This document shows, piece after piece, positions 23,881 to 32,000 of a DNA stretch of 32,000 nt. How positions within the stretch are numbered: position 1 is the stretch's first letter; each line of letters starts with the position of its first letter. The stretch is from assembly GCA_047651235.1 (NCBI GenBank), contig CP178758.1, positions 3,000,001 to 3,032,000 on the forward strand. Reading direction: 5' to 3'. The notes beneath the pieces are model-generated. The model was not told the DNA's origin and made no database searches. It saw only the letters and a program-made list of their open reading frames with translations. The translations under genes were made by a program, and so were the position numbers. Source of the stretch: Candidatus Electrothrix yaqonensis. Lineage in GTDB: Bacteria; Desulfobacterota; Desulfobulbia; Desulfobulbales; Desulfobulbaceae.

Positions 23881-23916
23881 ATCCCTGCCTGCGTTCTGTT
23901 GAGCAGACCATTTGAA

Positions 23917-24405
23917 ATGACGCCGGATAAACTCATCACCCTCCTCAGCCTTGAGCCGCACCTCACTGAAGGCGGCTATTTCCGCAGAACCTACGAGTCC
24001 GACCTGCATTGCGACACAGACAACGGCAGCAGGATGCTGCTGACCTCCATATACTATATGCTGACGCAGGATAATCCGGGCGGATTCCTGCATAAAAATA
24101 AATCGGATATCATCCATTATCATCACCTCGGTGCAGCCATCAAATACACCATTGTTTCCCCGGACGGGGTGCTTTCCGAAAAAATTCTCGGTCCGAATAT
24201 CAGCGACGGCGAGACCCTGCAGTTGCTGGTGCCGGGCGGCTGGTGGAAGGCATCACGGCTGTATGCCGGTGAATATGGCCTGATCAGCGAGGCCGTCTCA
24301 CCGGGTTTTGAATACGCAGATAACGAAATTGCCACCGAGGAATTTGTCCGGCAAAATTTCCCGGACATCAAACTGCTGCTGGATGCCTTTATTAAACGGG
24401 ATTAA
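23917..24405 (+). CDS. Cupin superfamily protein (DUF985-like)
   Basis: L.L.PHLTEGGYFRRTY near the N-terminus, followed by IYYML....FLHKNKSDIIHYHHLG and LVPGGWWKA. This is the typical DUF985 cupin layout by recall. The ATG at 23917 is preferred over the TTG at 23899. Confidence 0.72.
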   Translation: MTPDKLITLLSLEPHLTEGGYFRRTYESDLHCDTDNGSRMLLTSIYYMLTQDNPGGFLHKNKSDIIHYHHLGAAIKYTIVSPDGVLSEKILGPNISDGETLQLLVPGGWWKASRLYAGEYGLISEAVSPGFEYADNEIATEEFVRQNFPDIKLLLDAFIKRD

Positions 24406-24417
24406 AAATAAAAAAAC

Positions 24418-25242
24418 ATGGATAAACAATTCGTTATCTTTTTATTCTGTCTCTTTTCCTTCAGTTCTGTTGCTAAGGCTGAAAATCCGCCTGAAATGTT
24501 CCTCGGCGTGTTGTGGGCACAGGCATCAGCGGAATGGAATATGGCGGCAGAGCAGGCCTATTATCTCGCCACGTTAAATCTGGAAAAAGCTCTGAATGAT
24601 CCTTCCTGGACAGCAGCGCTGGAACAACAGGGCGATTTTCACAGCTTACCGCCTGCCGTCATTGTTGATGTTGACGAAACTGTGCTGGATAATTCTCCCT
24701 TTGCGGCCAGATTAGTGCAGGCCGGAAAGGAGTATGACCCGAAAGCATGGGAAAACTGGCTCAGGGAATCCGCTGCAGCAGCCATACCGGGTGCGGTCTC
24801 CTTTATCCGCTCTGCCAAGGAAAAGGGCATCGCGATATTTTATGTGACAAATAGAGAACTGGAAGCCGCTACCGTAAAAAATATCAGGACAGTAATTGAT
24901 CCGGATGTCACCGCTGATCAGGTGCTCTGTAAAAAAGAGCGGCCGGAATGGCGTTCCGATAAAACGTCACGAAGATCATTCATTGCAGAAAGATTTCGGA
25001 TACTCCTGCTGGTCGGTGATGATTATAATGACTTTACTTTCTTGGGAAAGATTAGTCCTGCTGATCGAATAAATGCGGCGAAAACGCACCGACAGTATTG
25101 GGGTAGAAAATGGATTCTGCTCAGCAATCCCGTACATGGTAGCTGGAAGACAGCATTGTATGGACACGATTACAGTCTGACGGATCACGACAGATTAAAG
25201 AAGAAATATCAGCTGCTCCGTACACAAGGCGTTGCCCGATAA
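24418..25242 (+). CDS. Secreted class C acid phosphatase / 5'-nucleotidase, e(P4)-like HAD family
   Basis: Signal peptide MDKQFVIFLFCLFSFSSVAKA. HAD motif I VVDVDETVLDNSPF, then FYVTNRE, and motif IV VGDDYNDF. Confidence 0.82.
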   Translation: MDKQFVIFLFCLFSFSSVAKAENPPEMFLGVLWAQASAEWNMAAEQAYYLATLNLEKALNDPSWTAALEQQGDFHSLPPAVIVDVDETVLDNSPFAARLVQAGKEYDPKAWENWLRESAAAAIPGAVSFIRSAKEKGIAIFYVTNRELEAATVKNIRTVIDPDVTADQVLCKKERPEWRSDKTSRRSFIAERFRILLLVGDDYNDFTFLGKISPADRINAAKTHRQYWGRKWILLSNPVHGSWKTALYGHDYSLTDHDRLKKKYQLLRTQGVAR

Positions 25243-25297
25243 TTGGCAAGCCTGTTTGTTCCGAAACATTCTACTAATTCTATCCCGCAAAACAACC

Positions 25298-26349
25298 ATG
25301 AACGAAGCCAGATTACTTGACGCAAATATCAACCGTTCCGCCGAAGGGCTGCGGGTGCTGGAGGATATTGCCCGGTTCAGTCTTGAAAATCAGGAGCTTT
25401 CCTCTGCCATCCGCAGCCTGCGCCACAGAGTGCGGGAGCTGTTCCGGGGCCGGGAGCATACCCTGTTGGCTGCACGGGATGCAGCTGCCGATGTGGGACA
25501 GATAACTTCCCATCAGGACAGTAGTATCTCGGATCAGCGGCAGGGCCTGAAAGATACAGTGCTGTCCAACTTCAAGCGGGTCCAGGAAGCAGCCAGAACC
25601 ATAGAGGAGCTTCTGAAAACCAAGGGAGAATACCGCAAAGGCAAGAGCATTGAGCAGCTGCGTTTTTCCGTGTATGAACTTGAAGTCGAACTGATGTCGC
25701 TGTTCAACCGCAAATTGCCTGCCGGGATCTACGGTATTCTGGGCGAGAAATTTTCCCTGGGCCGGAGTAATGTGGAAGTTGCCCAGCAGATGGTGGAGGC
25801 CGGAGTGGCTGTGCTCCAGTACCGGGAAAAGCTCAAGGACAAGAGCATCAAAACGATGTATGAAGAATGTCTGGCCATCCGGCAGATCACCCAAGAGGCA
25901 GGCGTACCGTTCATTATTAACGACTATGCCGATATCGCCCTGATGGTCGGGGCCGACGGTATGCATCAGGGCCAGGATGATCTGCCGATCAGGGAACTGC
26001 GCACAATCGCGCCGGGGATGCTCATCGGCTGTTCCACCCATTCACCGGAACAGGCGCAGCAGGCCATTCAGGACGGGGCGGACTATATCGGGGTTGGGCC
26101 TCTTTTCAGTACCCGGACCAAGGAGGATGTCTGTGCAGCAGTGGGGCTAGAGTATCTGGACTATGTGGTCAGCAATCTTGCCGTCCCCTTTGTTGCCATC
26201 GGCGGGATCAAGCGGGACAATCTGCCCCAGGTGCTGGCACGGGGGGCAAAGACCGTCTGTCTGGTAACCGAAATTATCGGGGCCGAGAATATCGGACAAC
26301 GAATCAGAGAAATTCAGGAAATCATCAAGATCAATTCAGGAGAACAGAC

Positions 26350-26353
<4 letters not shown>
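25298..26353 (+). CDS. thiE: Thiamine-phosphate synthase with a ~150-aa N-terminal extension
   Basis: The C-terminal half (YGILGE...VLQYREK...[26 protein letters not shown]...GCSTHS...[15 protein letters not shown]...VAIGGI) is classic ThiE. The start is placed at [13 protein letters not shown] (ATG 25298). The ORF could extend to 25232. Confidence 0.88.
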
Positions 26354-27627
<1,274 letters not shown>

Positions 27628-27646
27628 AATGTAAAACCCGGCTGCC

Positions 27647-27680
27647 TGCTGCTTCGGCCGCCTCATCCGTCGAAGCAGCA
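27647..27680. terminator. Hairpin between convergent thiC and the AT-rich cassette; possible bidirectional terminator
   Basis: Perfect 10-bp arms TGCTGCTTCG / CGAAGCAGCA with a 14-nt loop, 20 nt after the thiC stop. No clean T-tract on either side. Confidence 0.35.
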
Positions 27681-27772
27681 TGACTTACAATCCGCCTAAT
27701 TGCTCCCTTCCGCAAATGTCGGCTCCCGCCAGAAATCCCTTCTGTCGTAGAAACAGACGCAGTCGATCAGCC

Positions 27773-28087
27773 TTACTGTTTCTGACAATACGTAATCCAC
27801 TCCTTAAGTGCCTCCAATACAACCTGATAATCCACGATGACCGGGGTGAGTTCATCGCCTTCATACAGGCAGTCGAGAAAAAGACCTTCAGGTTGACATT
27901 CAAAAACATAGCCGTTGCCGGTACCTTCACATTGTTCTTTCCCGTCGTTAAGATAGGCTTGGATATTCGTTATGAGCTCCAGAGCATATTCCGGTGAATT
28001 CTGCACATCCAAGGTTAAAAATCCGTGTAACGTCTGATGTCCGGGGTCGTTGTTCGTATAACCGGACCAGCTGAATTTTTTTTTCAT
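27773..28087 (-). CDS. Small acidic cytoplasmic protein, candidate immunity/partner of the upstream EndoU-like protein
   Basis: 104 aa with no signal peptide and roughly 16 D/E versus 6 K/R. Its start overlaps the upstream stop (ATGA at 28084-28087). The codon composition is AT-rich. Confidence 0.6.
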   Translation of the reverse strand: MKKKFSWSGYTNNDPGHQTLHGFLTLDVQNSPEYALELITNIQAYLNDGKEQCEGTGNGYVFECQPEGLFLDCLYEGDELTPVIVDYQVVLEALKEWITYCQKQ

Positions 28088-28626
28088 TGCACAGGAAACC
28101 CGGTGTTGATGCTGTGGTTATCCTTCCCTGGAGCGGAAGCTATGGTAAATGCCTTGCCATTCTTCTCAGTGCAGTAGGAAGATACATCACCGTCGGACGG
28201 AGCACTGGGGCCGCAGTTTGCCCATGCCGGGGAGCTGCATTTGTCGGTAGAATGTTTAACGGAGTAGACCACAGAATTATTCACCTGCTCCATAGAACAT
28301 GTATTCGGGAACATGGTCGATATCGTTTTTGTTGCTTTCTCACCATGTATATCGAGCTTGATTTTTCTGAGCGTATAGATACCAGATACACTGCAAGTTC
28401 CTTCGTATGACAGGACAGTTGTCGGCTTTTCCCCGCCAGACATAGAGTGAAAACCTACAGCCCTGCCTTTCCGGTTTATTTCTCCGCAAAAAATATGATG
28501 CTGGTTTACCTCATAATTATCGACCTTTTTCCATTTATTCAACGTTGAACAATCAATACCGGCCGCTATGGCACTGGAAGCGTAAAGAGCTGTTGCAGCA
28601 AAGACAGTTACAGTGAAAATACGCAT
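28084..28626 (-). CDS. Secreted Cys-rich protein with an EndoU/XendoU-like nuclease motif (candidate RNase toxin)
   Basis: Signal peptide MRIFTVTVFAATALYASSAIAAG. HHIFCGEINRKGRAVGFHS fits the EndoU H-x-F-x-G-E...G-F-H catalytic signature. STMFPNTCSMEQV and the C-terminal INTGFPVQ resemble bacterial EndoU toxin domains. A GGAGGA RBS lies 5 nt upstream. Confidence 0.6.
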   Translation of the reverse strand: MRIFTVTVFAATALYASSAIAAGIDCSTLNKWKKVDNYEVNQHHIFCGEINRKGRAVGFHSMSGGEKPTTVLSYEGTCSVSGIYTLRKIKLDIHGEKATKTISTMFPNTCSMEQVNNSVVYSVKHSTDKCSSPAWANCGPSAPSDGDVSSYCTEKNGKAFTIASAPGKDNHSINTGFPVQ

Positions 28627-28714
28627 TGTTTCCTCCGAATATTTATTCTTGTTTTATAGACCAGTTATTAAGCTTGTCCTTAATTTTTTCTATAAAATTC
28701 GGTGTATTCAGCTC

Positions 28715-28801
28715 CTACAGCCAATAGCGTGCCACGACTTCCTGTTCTTCTTCAGGAAATCTGGATGCCATTTCAAAGAGTTTCTCCATAACAGCAATCA
28801 T
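28715..28801 (-). CDS. Mini-ORF (28 aa) heading the cassette; antitoxin-N-terminus-like, possibly a decayed gene
   Basis: GAGAAGGAGAAGC-ATG RBS. The peptide is MIAVMEKLFEMASRFPEEEQEVVARYWL, followed by a TAG. A further 23 in-frame sense codons run to a TAA at 28645-28647, just before the RBS of the next gene. Confidence 0.3.
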   Translation of the reverse strand: MIAVMEKLFEMASRFPEEEQEVVARYWL

Positions 28802-28945
28802 GCTTCTCCTTCTCACTACAGTGTGGAATACAAAAGCTCTTCCGCTAAATAGAATCCCATCATGCCGATATATCTAGTTTATCCTGTTCTGGCTATAAAA
28901 TCTAACGTTTTTCTTTCCGGAACAAGCGGTTCAACAGTAGCGGCA

Positions 28946-28988
28946 AAGAAAAAAAACGCCCAGCCCCGGCAAGGATGCCAAGGCCAGG
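28946..28988 (-). terminator. Rho-independent terminator of aspS
   Basis: On the minus strand: CCTGGCCTTGGCA-TCCT-TGCCGGGGCTGGG (a ~13-bp stem including G:U pairs), followed by CG-TTTTTTTT-CTTT. It begins about 25 nt after the aspS stop. Confidence 0.7.
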
Positions 28989-29012
28989 AGGCGGAAAGAC
29001 AGGCAGTGCGGC

Positions 29013-30797
29013 TTAATCTTCCTTCCAGTCGGGTCGAAGATGCAGCTCGGTGAGCTGCTTGCGCTCAACCGGGGAAGGTGCCTCGGTGAGCGGGCAGGTG
29101 GCCTTCTGGGTCTTGGGAAAGGCGATCACGTCCCGGATGGAGCTGGAGCCGGTGAGGAGCATCATCAGGCGGTCGAGGCCGAAGGCGATGCCGCCGTGCG
29201 GGGGCGCGCCGTATTCCAAAGCGCGGAGCAGGAAGCCGAACTTCTCCTCCGCCTCTTCCGCACCGATACCCAGCACCTTCAGCAGCCGCGCCTGCACCTC
29301 CGGGTTGTGGATACGGATGGAGCCGCCGCCGATCTCGTTGCCGTTCAAAACCAGATCATAGGCCCGGCTGCGCACCTTGAGCGGTTCGCTTTCGAGCAGG
29401 TCAAGGTCTTCCTCAAAGGGCGCGGTAAAGGGGTGGTGCAGGGCAGCGTGGCGTTTGCGGTCTTCATCATATTCCACCAAGGGAAAGTCGGTGATCCAGA
29501 GGAAGTTAAAAACCGATTCGTTCGCCAGCTTAAGGCGGCGGGCCAGCTCCAGACGCAGCTCGGCCAACACCTGATGGACCACAGCCGAGCTGTCCGCGCC
29601 GAACAGGATCAGGTCGCCCGGCTCCGCGTCTAGGGCATCGCGCATGGCCGCAATCTCGGCCTCGCTGAAGAACTTGGTGATGGGCGACTGCCACCCGTCC
29701 TCCTTGACCTTGATCCAGGCCATGCCCTTGGCTCCGAAATTGCCCGCGTAATCGGTCAGATCGTCCAAGTCTTTGCGCGAAAAGGTGCCGCAGCCCTTGG
29801 CGTTGATCGCCTTGACCACGCCGCCGTTGTCAATGACCGTGTTAAAGACCTTGAAGCCGCAGCCGCGCAAGGTCTCGGTCAGATCAGTCAGCTCCAGACC
29901 AAAGCGGGTGTCGGGCCGGTCCGTGCCGAAGCGGGCCACGGCTTCCTGATAGGTCATGCGGGCAAAGGGAGGGGTCAGCTCAATGCCGCGCGTCTCAGCA
30001 AAGACCCGCTTGACCATGCCCTCGCTAACAGCAATGACATCGTCCTCGCCGACAAAACTCAGCTCCATATCGATCTGGGTGAATTCGGGCTGGCGGTCGG
30101 CCCGCAGGTCTTCGTCGCGGAAGCACTTGACGATCTGAAAGTAGCGTTCCATGCCGCCCATCATCAGGAGCTGCTTGAAGAGCTGCGGCGACTGCGGCAG
30201 GGCGAAAAAACGGCCCGCGTTGACCCGGCTGGGCACCAGATAATCCCGCGCTCCTTCCGGGGTGGAGCGGGTGAGCATGGGCGTTTCCACTTCAAGGAAG
30301 TCGTTTTCGCTCAGATAGTTGCGCACAGCCTGTGCCGCCTTGTGGCGCATGATCAGGTTGCTGGCGATTTCCGGCCGCCGTAAATCGAGATAACGGTATT
30401 GGAGGCGGATGTTGTCCGATACCTCGCTGTCCTCGTCCAGCGGGAAGGGCGGGGTTTTGCTGGTGTTAAGGATGCGCAGCTCGCTGACCAGCACCTCGAT
30501 CTCGCCGGTCTGCAGCTTGGGGTTGGCCATGTCGCCGGGCCGGGCCTCAACCTTGCCTTTGATTGCCAGAACCCACTCAGAGCGGAGCTGGTGCGCCTTG
30601 GCGTGCGGCTCAGGATTTATTTCCGGGTTGAAGACCACCTGAGTGATGCCTTGGCGGTCGCGAAGGTCGATGAAAATAACCCCGCCGTGGTCGCGACGGC
30701 GAAGAACCCAGCCCATAAGGACGACGTCCTGATCCAGGTTGTCCAGGCCGAGGGTATTGCAGTCATGTGTGCGCCGCAGCGCTCCCATTGATTCCAT
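29013..30797 (-). CDS. aspS: Aspartate--tRNA ligase (bacterial type)
   Basis: 594 aa with [55 protein letters not shown] and GIAFGLDRL class II motifs. Confidence 0.97.
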   Translation of the reverse strand: MESMGALRRTHDCNTLGLDNLDQDVVLMGWVLRRRDHGGVIFIDLRDRQGITQVVFNPEINPEPHAKAHQLRSEWVLAIKGKVEARPGDMANPKLQTGEIEVLVSELRILNTSKTPPFPLDEDSEVSDNIRLQYRYLDLRRPEIASNLIMRHKAAQAVRNYLSENDFLEVETPMLTRSTPEGARDYLVPSRVNAGRFFALPQSPQLFKQLLMMGGMERYFQIVKCFRDEDLRADRQPEFTQIDMELSFVGEDDVIAVSEGMVKRVFAETRGIELTPPFARMTYQEAVARFGTDRPDTRFGLELTDLTETLRGCGFKVFNTVIDNGGVVKAINAKGCGTFSRKDLDDLTDYAGNFGAKGMAWIKVKEDGWQSPITKFFSEAEIAAMRDALDAEPGDLILFGADSSAVVHQVLAELRLELARRLKLANESVFNFLWITDFPLVEYDEDRKRHAALHHPFTAPFEEDLDLLESEPLKVRSRAYDLVLNGNEIGGGSIRIHNPEVQARLLKVLGIGAEEAEEKFGFLLRALEYGAPPHGGIAFGLDRLMMLLTGSSSIRDVIAFPKTQKATCPLTEAPSPVERKQLTELHLRPDWKED

Positions 30798-30833
30798 GTG
30801 TGTCTCTTTTTATGCGGAAAAGTTTAAAACAAC

Positions 30834-30861
30834 GTAGGGGTGGTTCGCGAACCGTCCTTAC
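30834..30861. repeat. REP-like palindrome at the aspS / AT-rich islet junction
   Basis: GTAGGGGTGGTTCG|CGAACCGTCCTTAC contains a central perfect 12-bp palindrome GGTTCGCGAACC. The arms extend to 14 bp if G:U pairs are allowed. It shares the GTAGGGG head with the REP unit at 23753. Confidence 0.7.
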
Positions 30862-30879
30862 ACAGGATGTTTTTATCTA

Positions 30880-31611
30880 TTATAGAGAAATGATTCTTCT
30901 CTCTTCTTGTATTGAGCACGTGTTATGCACATTACTTATTGTCGTACTTAACGGGCCATTCGGTAAAGTATAGATTCTCAATTTCAAGGCTAACGCAATT
31001 ATTATTCCAGCCATGTATGCAATCAATGTAAGATATGCAATAAGATATCCAACTCCTATTTTCTGATATATAAAATATGCTCCCTGCCAAGTAGAAAATC
31101 CTGTTAACATAAACAGGCAAGGGATAAGAATCAGGTTATCTCTTAAACTGATTATGTTCTCAATTCTGTTTCCTTCATGATCGTTTTCACCTCCATAAAC
31201 TTTTGGACACACCCTATGCTCCCAAGATAGCGAATTATTCCTGGTTAATATATTGATCTTTTTCTCTAAGTTTCCAAGATGATTTCCTATTGCAAATACA
31301 TGAAATATATCATTGAGTGGAAATGTTATCGTGAGCAGCAATACAGGGGTAAAAGCAACAAAAAATATATTTATGATATTTTCAGCATTCGCTCTTAAAA
31401 CTCCTGTTTTTACCGGGTTACCTACCGAATTTATAACATCCTGCAGACTTAAACCGTTAAAAGCGAGGATAAGGGAACCGACTGCCGTAATATAGGTGAG
31501 ATAATTATGGTACTTTCTAATTCCCTCCTTGTGAATGAGTTTTTCATTCCACAAGTTATTATATTCCTGAATCAGAATATATTCCTGAATCAGAATTTCA
31601 TCAGCATCCAT
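30880..31611 (-). CDS. Hypothetical multi-pass membrane protein (243 aa) encoded in very AT-rich DNA
   Basis: The start is placed at MDADEILIQEY (GAGGAAG RBS, ATG 31611). About four hydrophobic spans are present: LTYITAVGSLILAF, IINIFFVAFTPVLLLTITF, LILIPCLFMLTGF and VGYLIAYLTLIAYMAGIIIALAL. The upstream extension to 31821 overlaps the DUF2283 gene and is GC-normal, so it is probably not translated. Confidence 0.62.
   Translation of the reverse strand: MDADEILIQEYILIQEYNNLWNEKLIHKEGIRKYHNYLTYITAVGSLILAFNGLSLQDVINSVGNPVKTGVLRANAENIINIFFVAFTPVLLLTITFPLNDIFHVFAIGNHLGNLEKKINILTRNNSLSWEHRVCPKVYGGENDHEGNRIENIISLRDNLILIPCLFMLTGFSTWQGAYFIYQKIGVGYLIAYLTLIAYMAGIIIALALKLRIYTLPNGPLSTTISNVHNTCSIQEERRIISL
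31561..31596. repeat. Perfect 18-bp tandem duplication inside the membrane-protein gene
   Basis: ATATTCCTGAATCAGAAT occurs twice in tandem (31561-31578 and 31579-31596), encoding ILIQEY-ILIQEY on the minus strand. Confidence 0.95.
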
Positions 31612-31723
31612 TTTTTCTTCCTCTAATTCAATCAGATAATGAGCGTCAAAAACCCCTTGCCGGATAATCATGCCGCCTGAAAAAGCATGGTGGAAAGCTC
31701 CTCTTTGCTGGCCCGCGCCGAGA

Positions 31724-31957
31724 TCAAATGATCTCCGCCTGTCCACTGACCTGCGCAGCCCGAAACGGCATTTCCTGATAAGAAAATTCCCATAACCCGG
31801 TATCGGCTTTGGCGTGCTCAACGGTCATACTGACGATATTCCCGTTCTCATCAAGGTCAACACAAATATTCTCGTTGAGTTCTCGTGTTTCAACGATCTC
31901 TTTCTTCGTAAATTCAATCAGGGCGGTATCTGTATCGGAAAAACACTTCACTTTCAT
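31724..31957 (-). CDS. DUF2283 domain-containing protein (small antitoxin-like partner)
   Basis: 77 aa. MKVKCFSDTDTALIEF...VDLDENGNIVSMTVEHA fits the DUF2283 pattern (Y/F-D-x-x-x-D-x-L-x-I ... D-x-D-x-x-G-x-I-V-G-I-E-I). A GGAGG RBS lies inside the end of the upstream ORF. Confidence 0.78.
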   Translation of the reverse strand: MKVKCFSDTDTALIEFTKKEIVETRELNENICVDLDENGNIVSMTVEHAKADTGLWEFSYQEMPFRAAQVSGQAEII

Positions 31958-31960
31958 GAC

Positions 31961-32000
31961 TCATTCCTCCTGATTTACCATCGCCACCAGCAGTTCCACC
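31961..32000 (-). CDS. 3' end of an unidentified upstream gene in the same operon as DUF2283
   Basis: The open frame reaches the window edge and reads ...VELLVAMVNQEE, then TGA (31961-31963), 3 nt before the DUF2283 ATG. It is too short to identify. Confidence 0.3.
   Translation of the reverse strand, partial: VELLVAMVNQEE

Noticed and set aside
25243-25297. A TPP riboswitch upstream of thiE-thiC
   Set aside because: The gap is only 55 nt and I found none of the conserved TPP aptamer sequence blocks. No structure of the required size fits.
28613-28852. A 79-aa plus-strand ORF in the AT-rich cassette leader region
   Set aside because: It has a Phe/Leu/Lys-rich translation typical of AT-rich non-coding DNA and no RBS. 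It overlaps the better-supported minus-strand mini-ORF and the EndoU-like gene start.

Overview
The window reads as chromosomal DNA from a Gram-negative bacterium. The gene content suggests a Desulfobacterota/deltaproteobacterium-like organism, but that is a guess. Most of it is ordinary core and envelope coding sequence. In order: the 3' end of cbiH/cobJ, a CAP/SCP lipoprotein, a ~1790-aa thioester (CLEQ) alpha-2-macroglobulin, a porin, a lipoprotein-DUF362-dGTPase-like run, a 7-blade FG-GAP propeller protein, DUF3108, a Crp/Fnr regulator, prmA, the cdaA-cdaR-glmM c-di-AMP operon, an orphan double-NBD ABC ATPase, a cupin, a class C acid phosphatase, thiE-thiC and aspS. Small accessory islets are set into this backbone. 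(1) 544-2235: a PIN nuclease with a 4-bp-overlapping downstream mini-partner, a 120-bp element with perfect 18-bp inverted arms, and a coiled-coil ORF. (2) 23431-23902: a C-terminally truncated REP-associated Y1 transposase (RAYT-like) with REP/REPIN-type hairpins inside and upstream of it. (3) 27773-28801: a markedly AT-rich cassette encoding a Sec-signal, Cys-rich protein with an EndoU/XendoU-like HxFxGE...GFH motif, plus an overlapping acidic partner. I consider this the best candidate for a novel toxin/immunity-type system. (4) 30880-32000: a second AT-rich islet with a DUF2283 operon and a multi-TM protein. No rRNA, tRNA, CRISPR array or riboswitch was recognised. All functional calls rest on motif recognition by eye from the translations, not on database searches.
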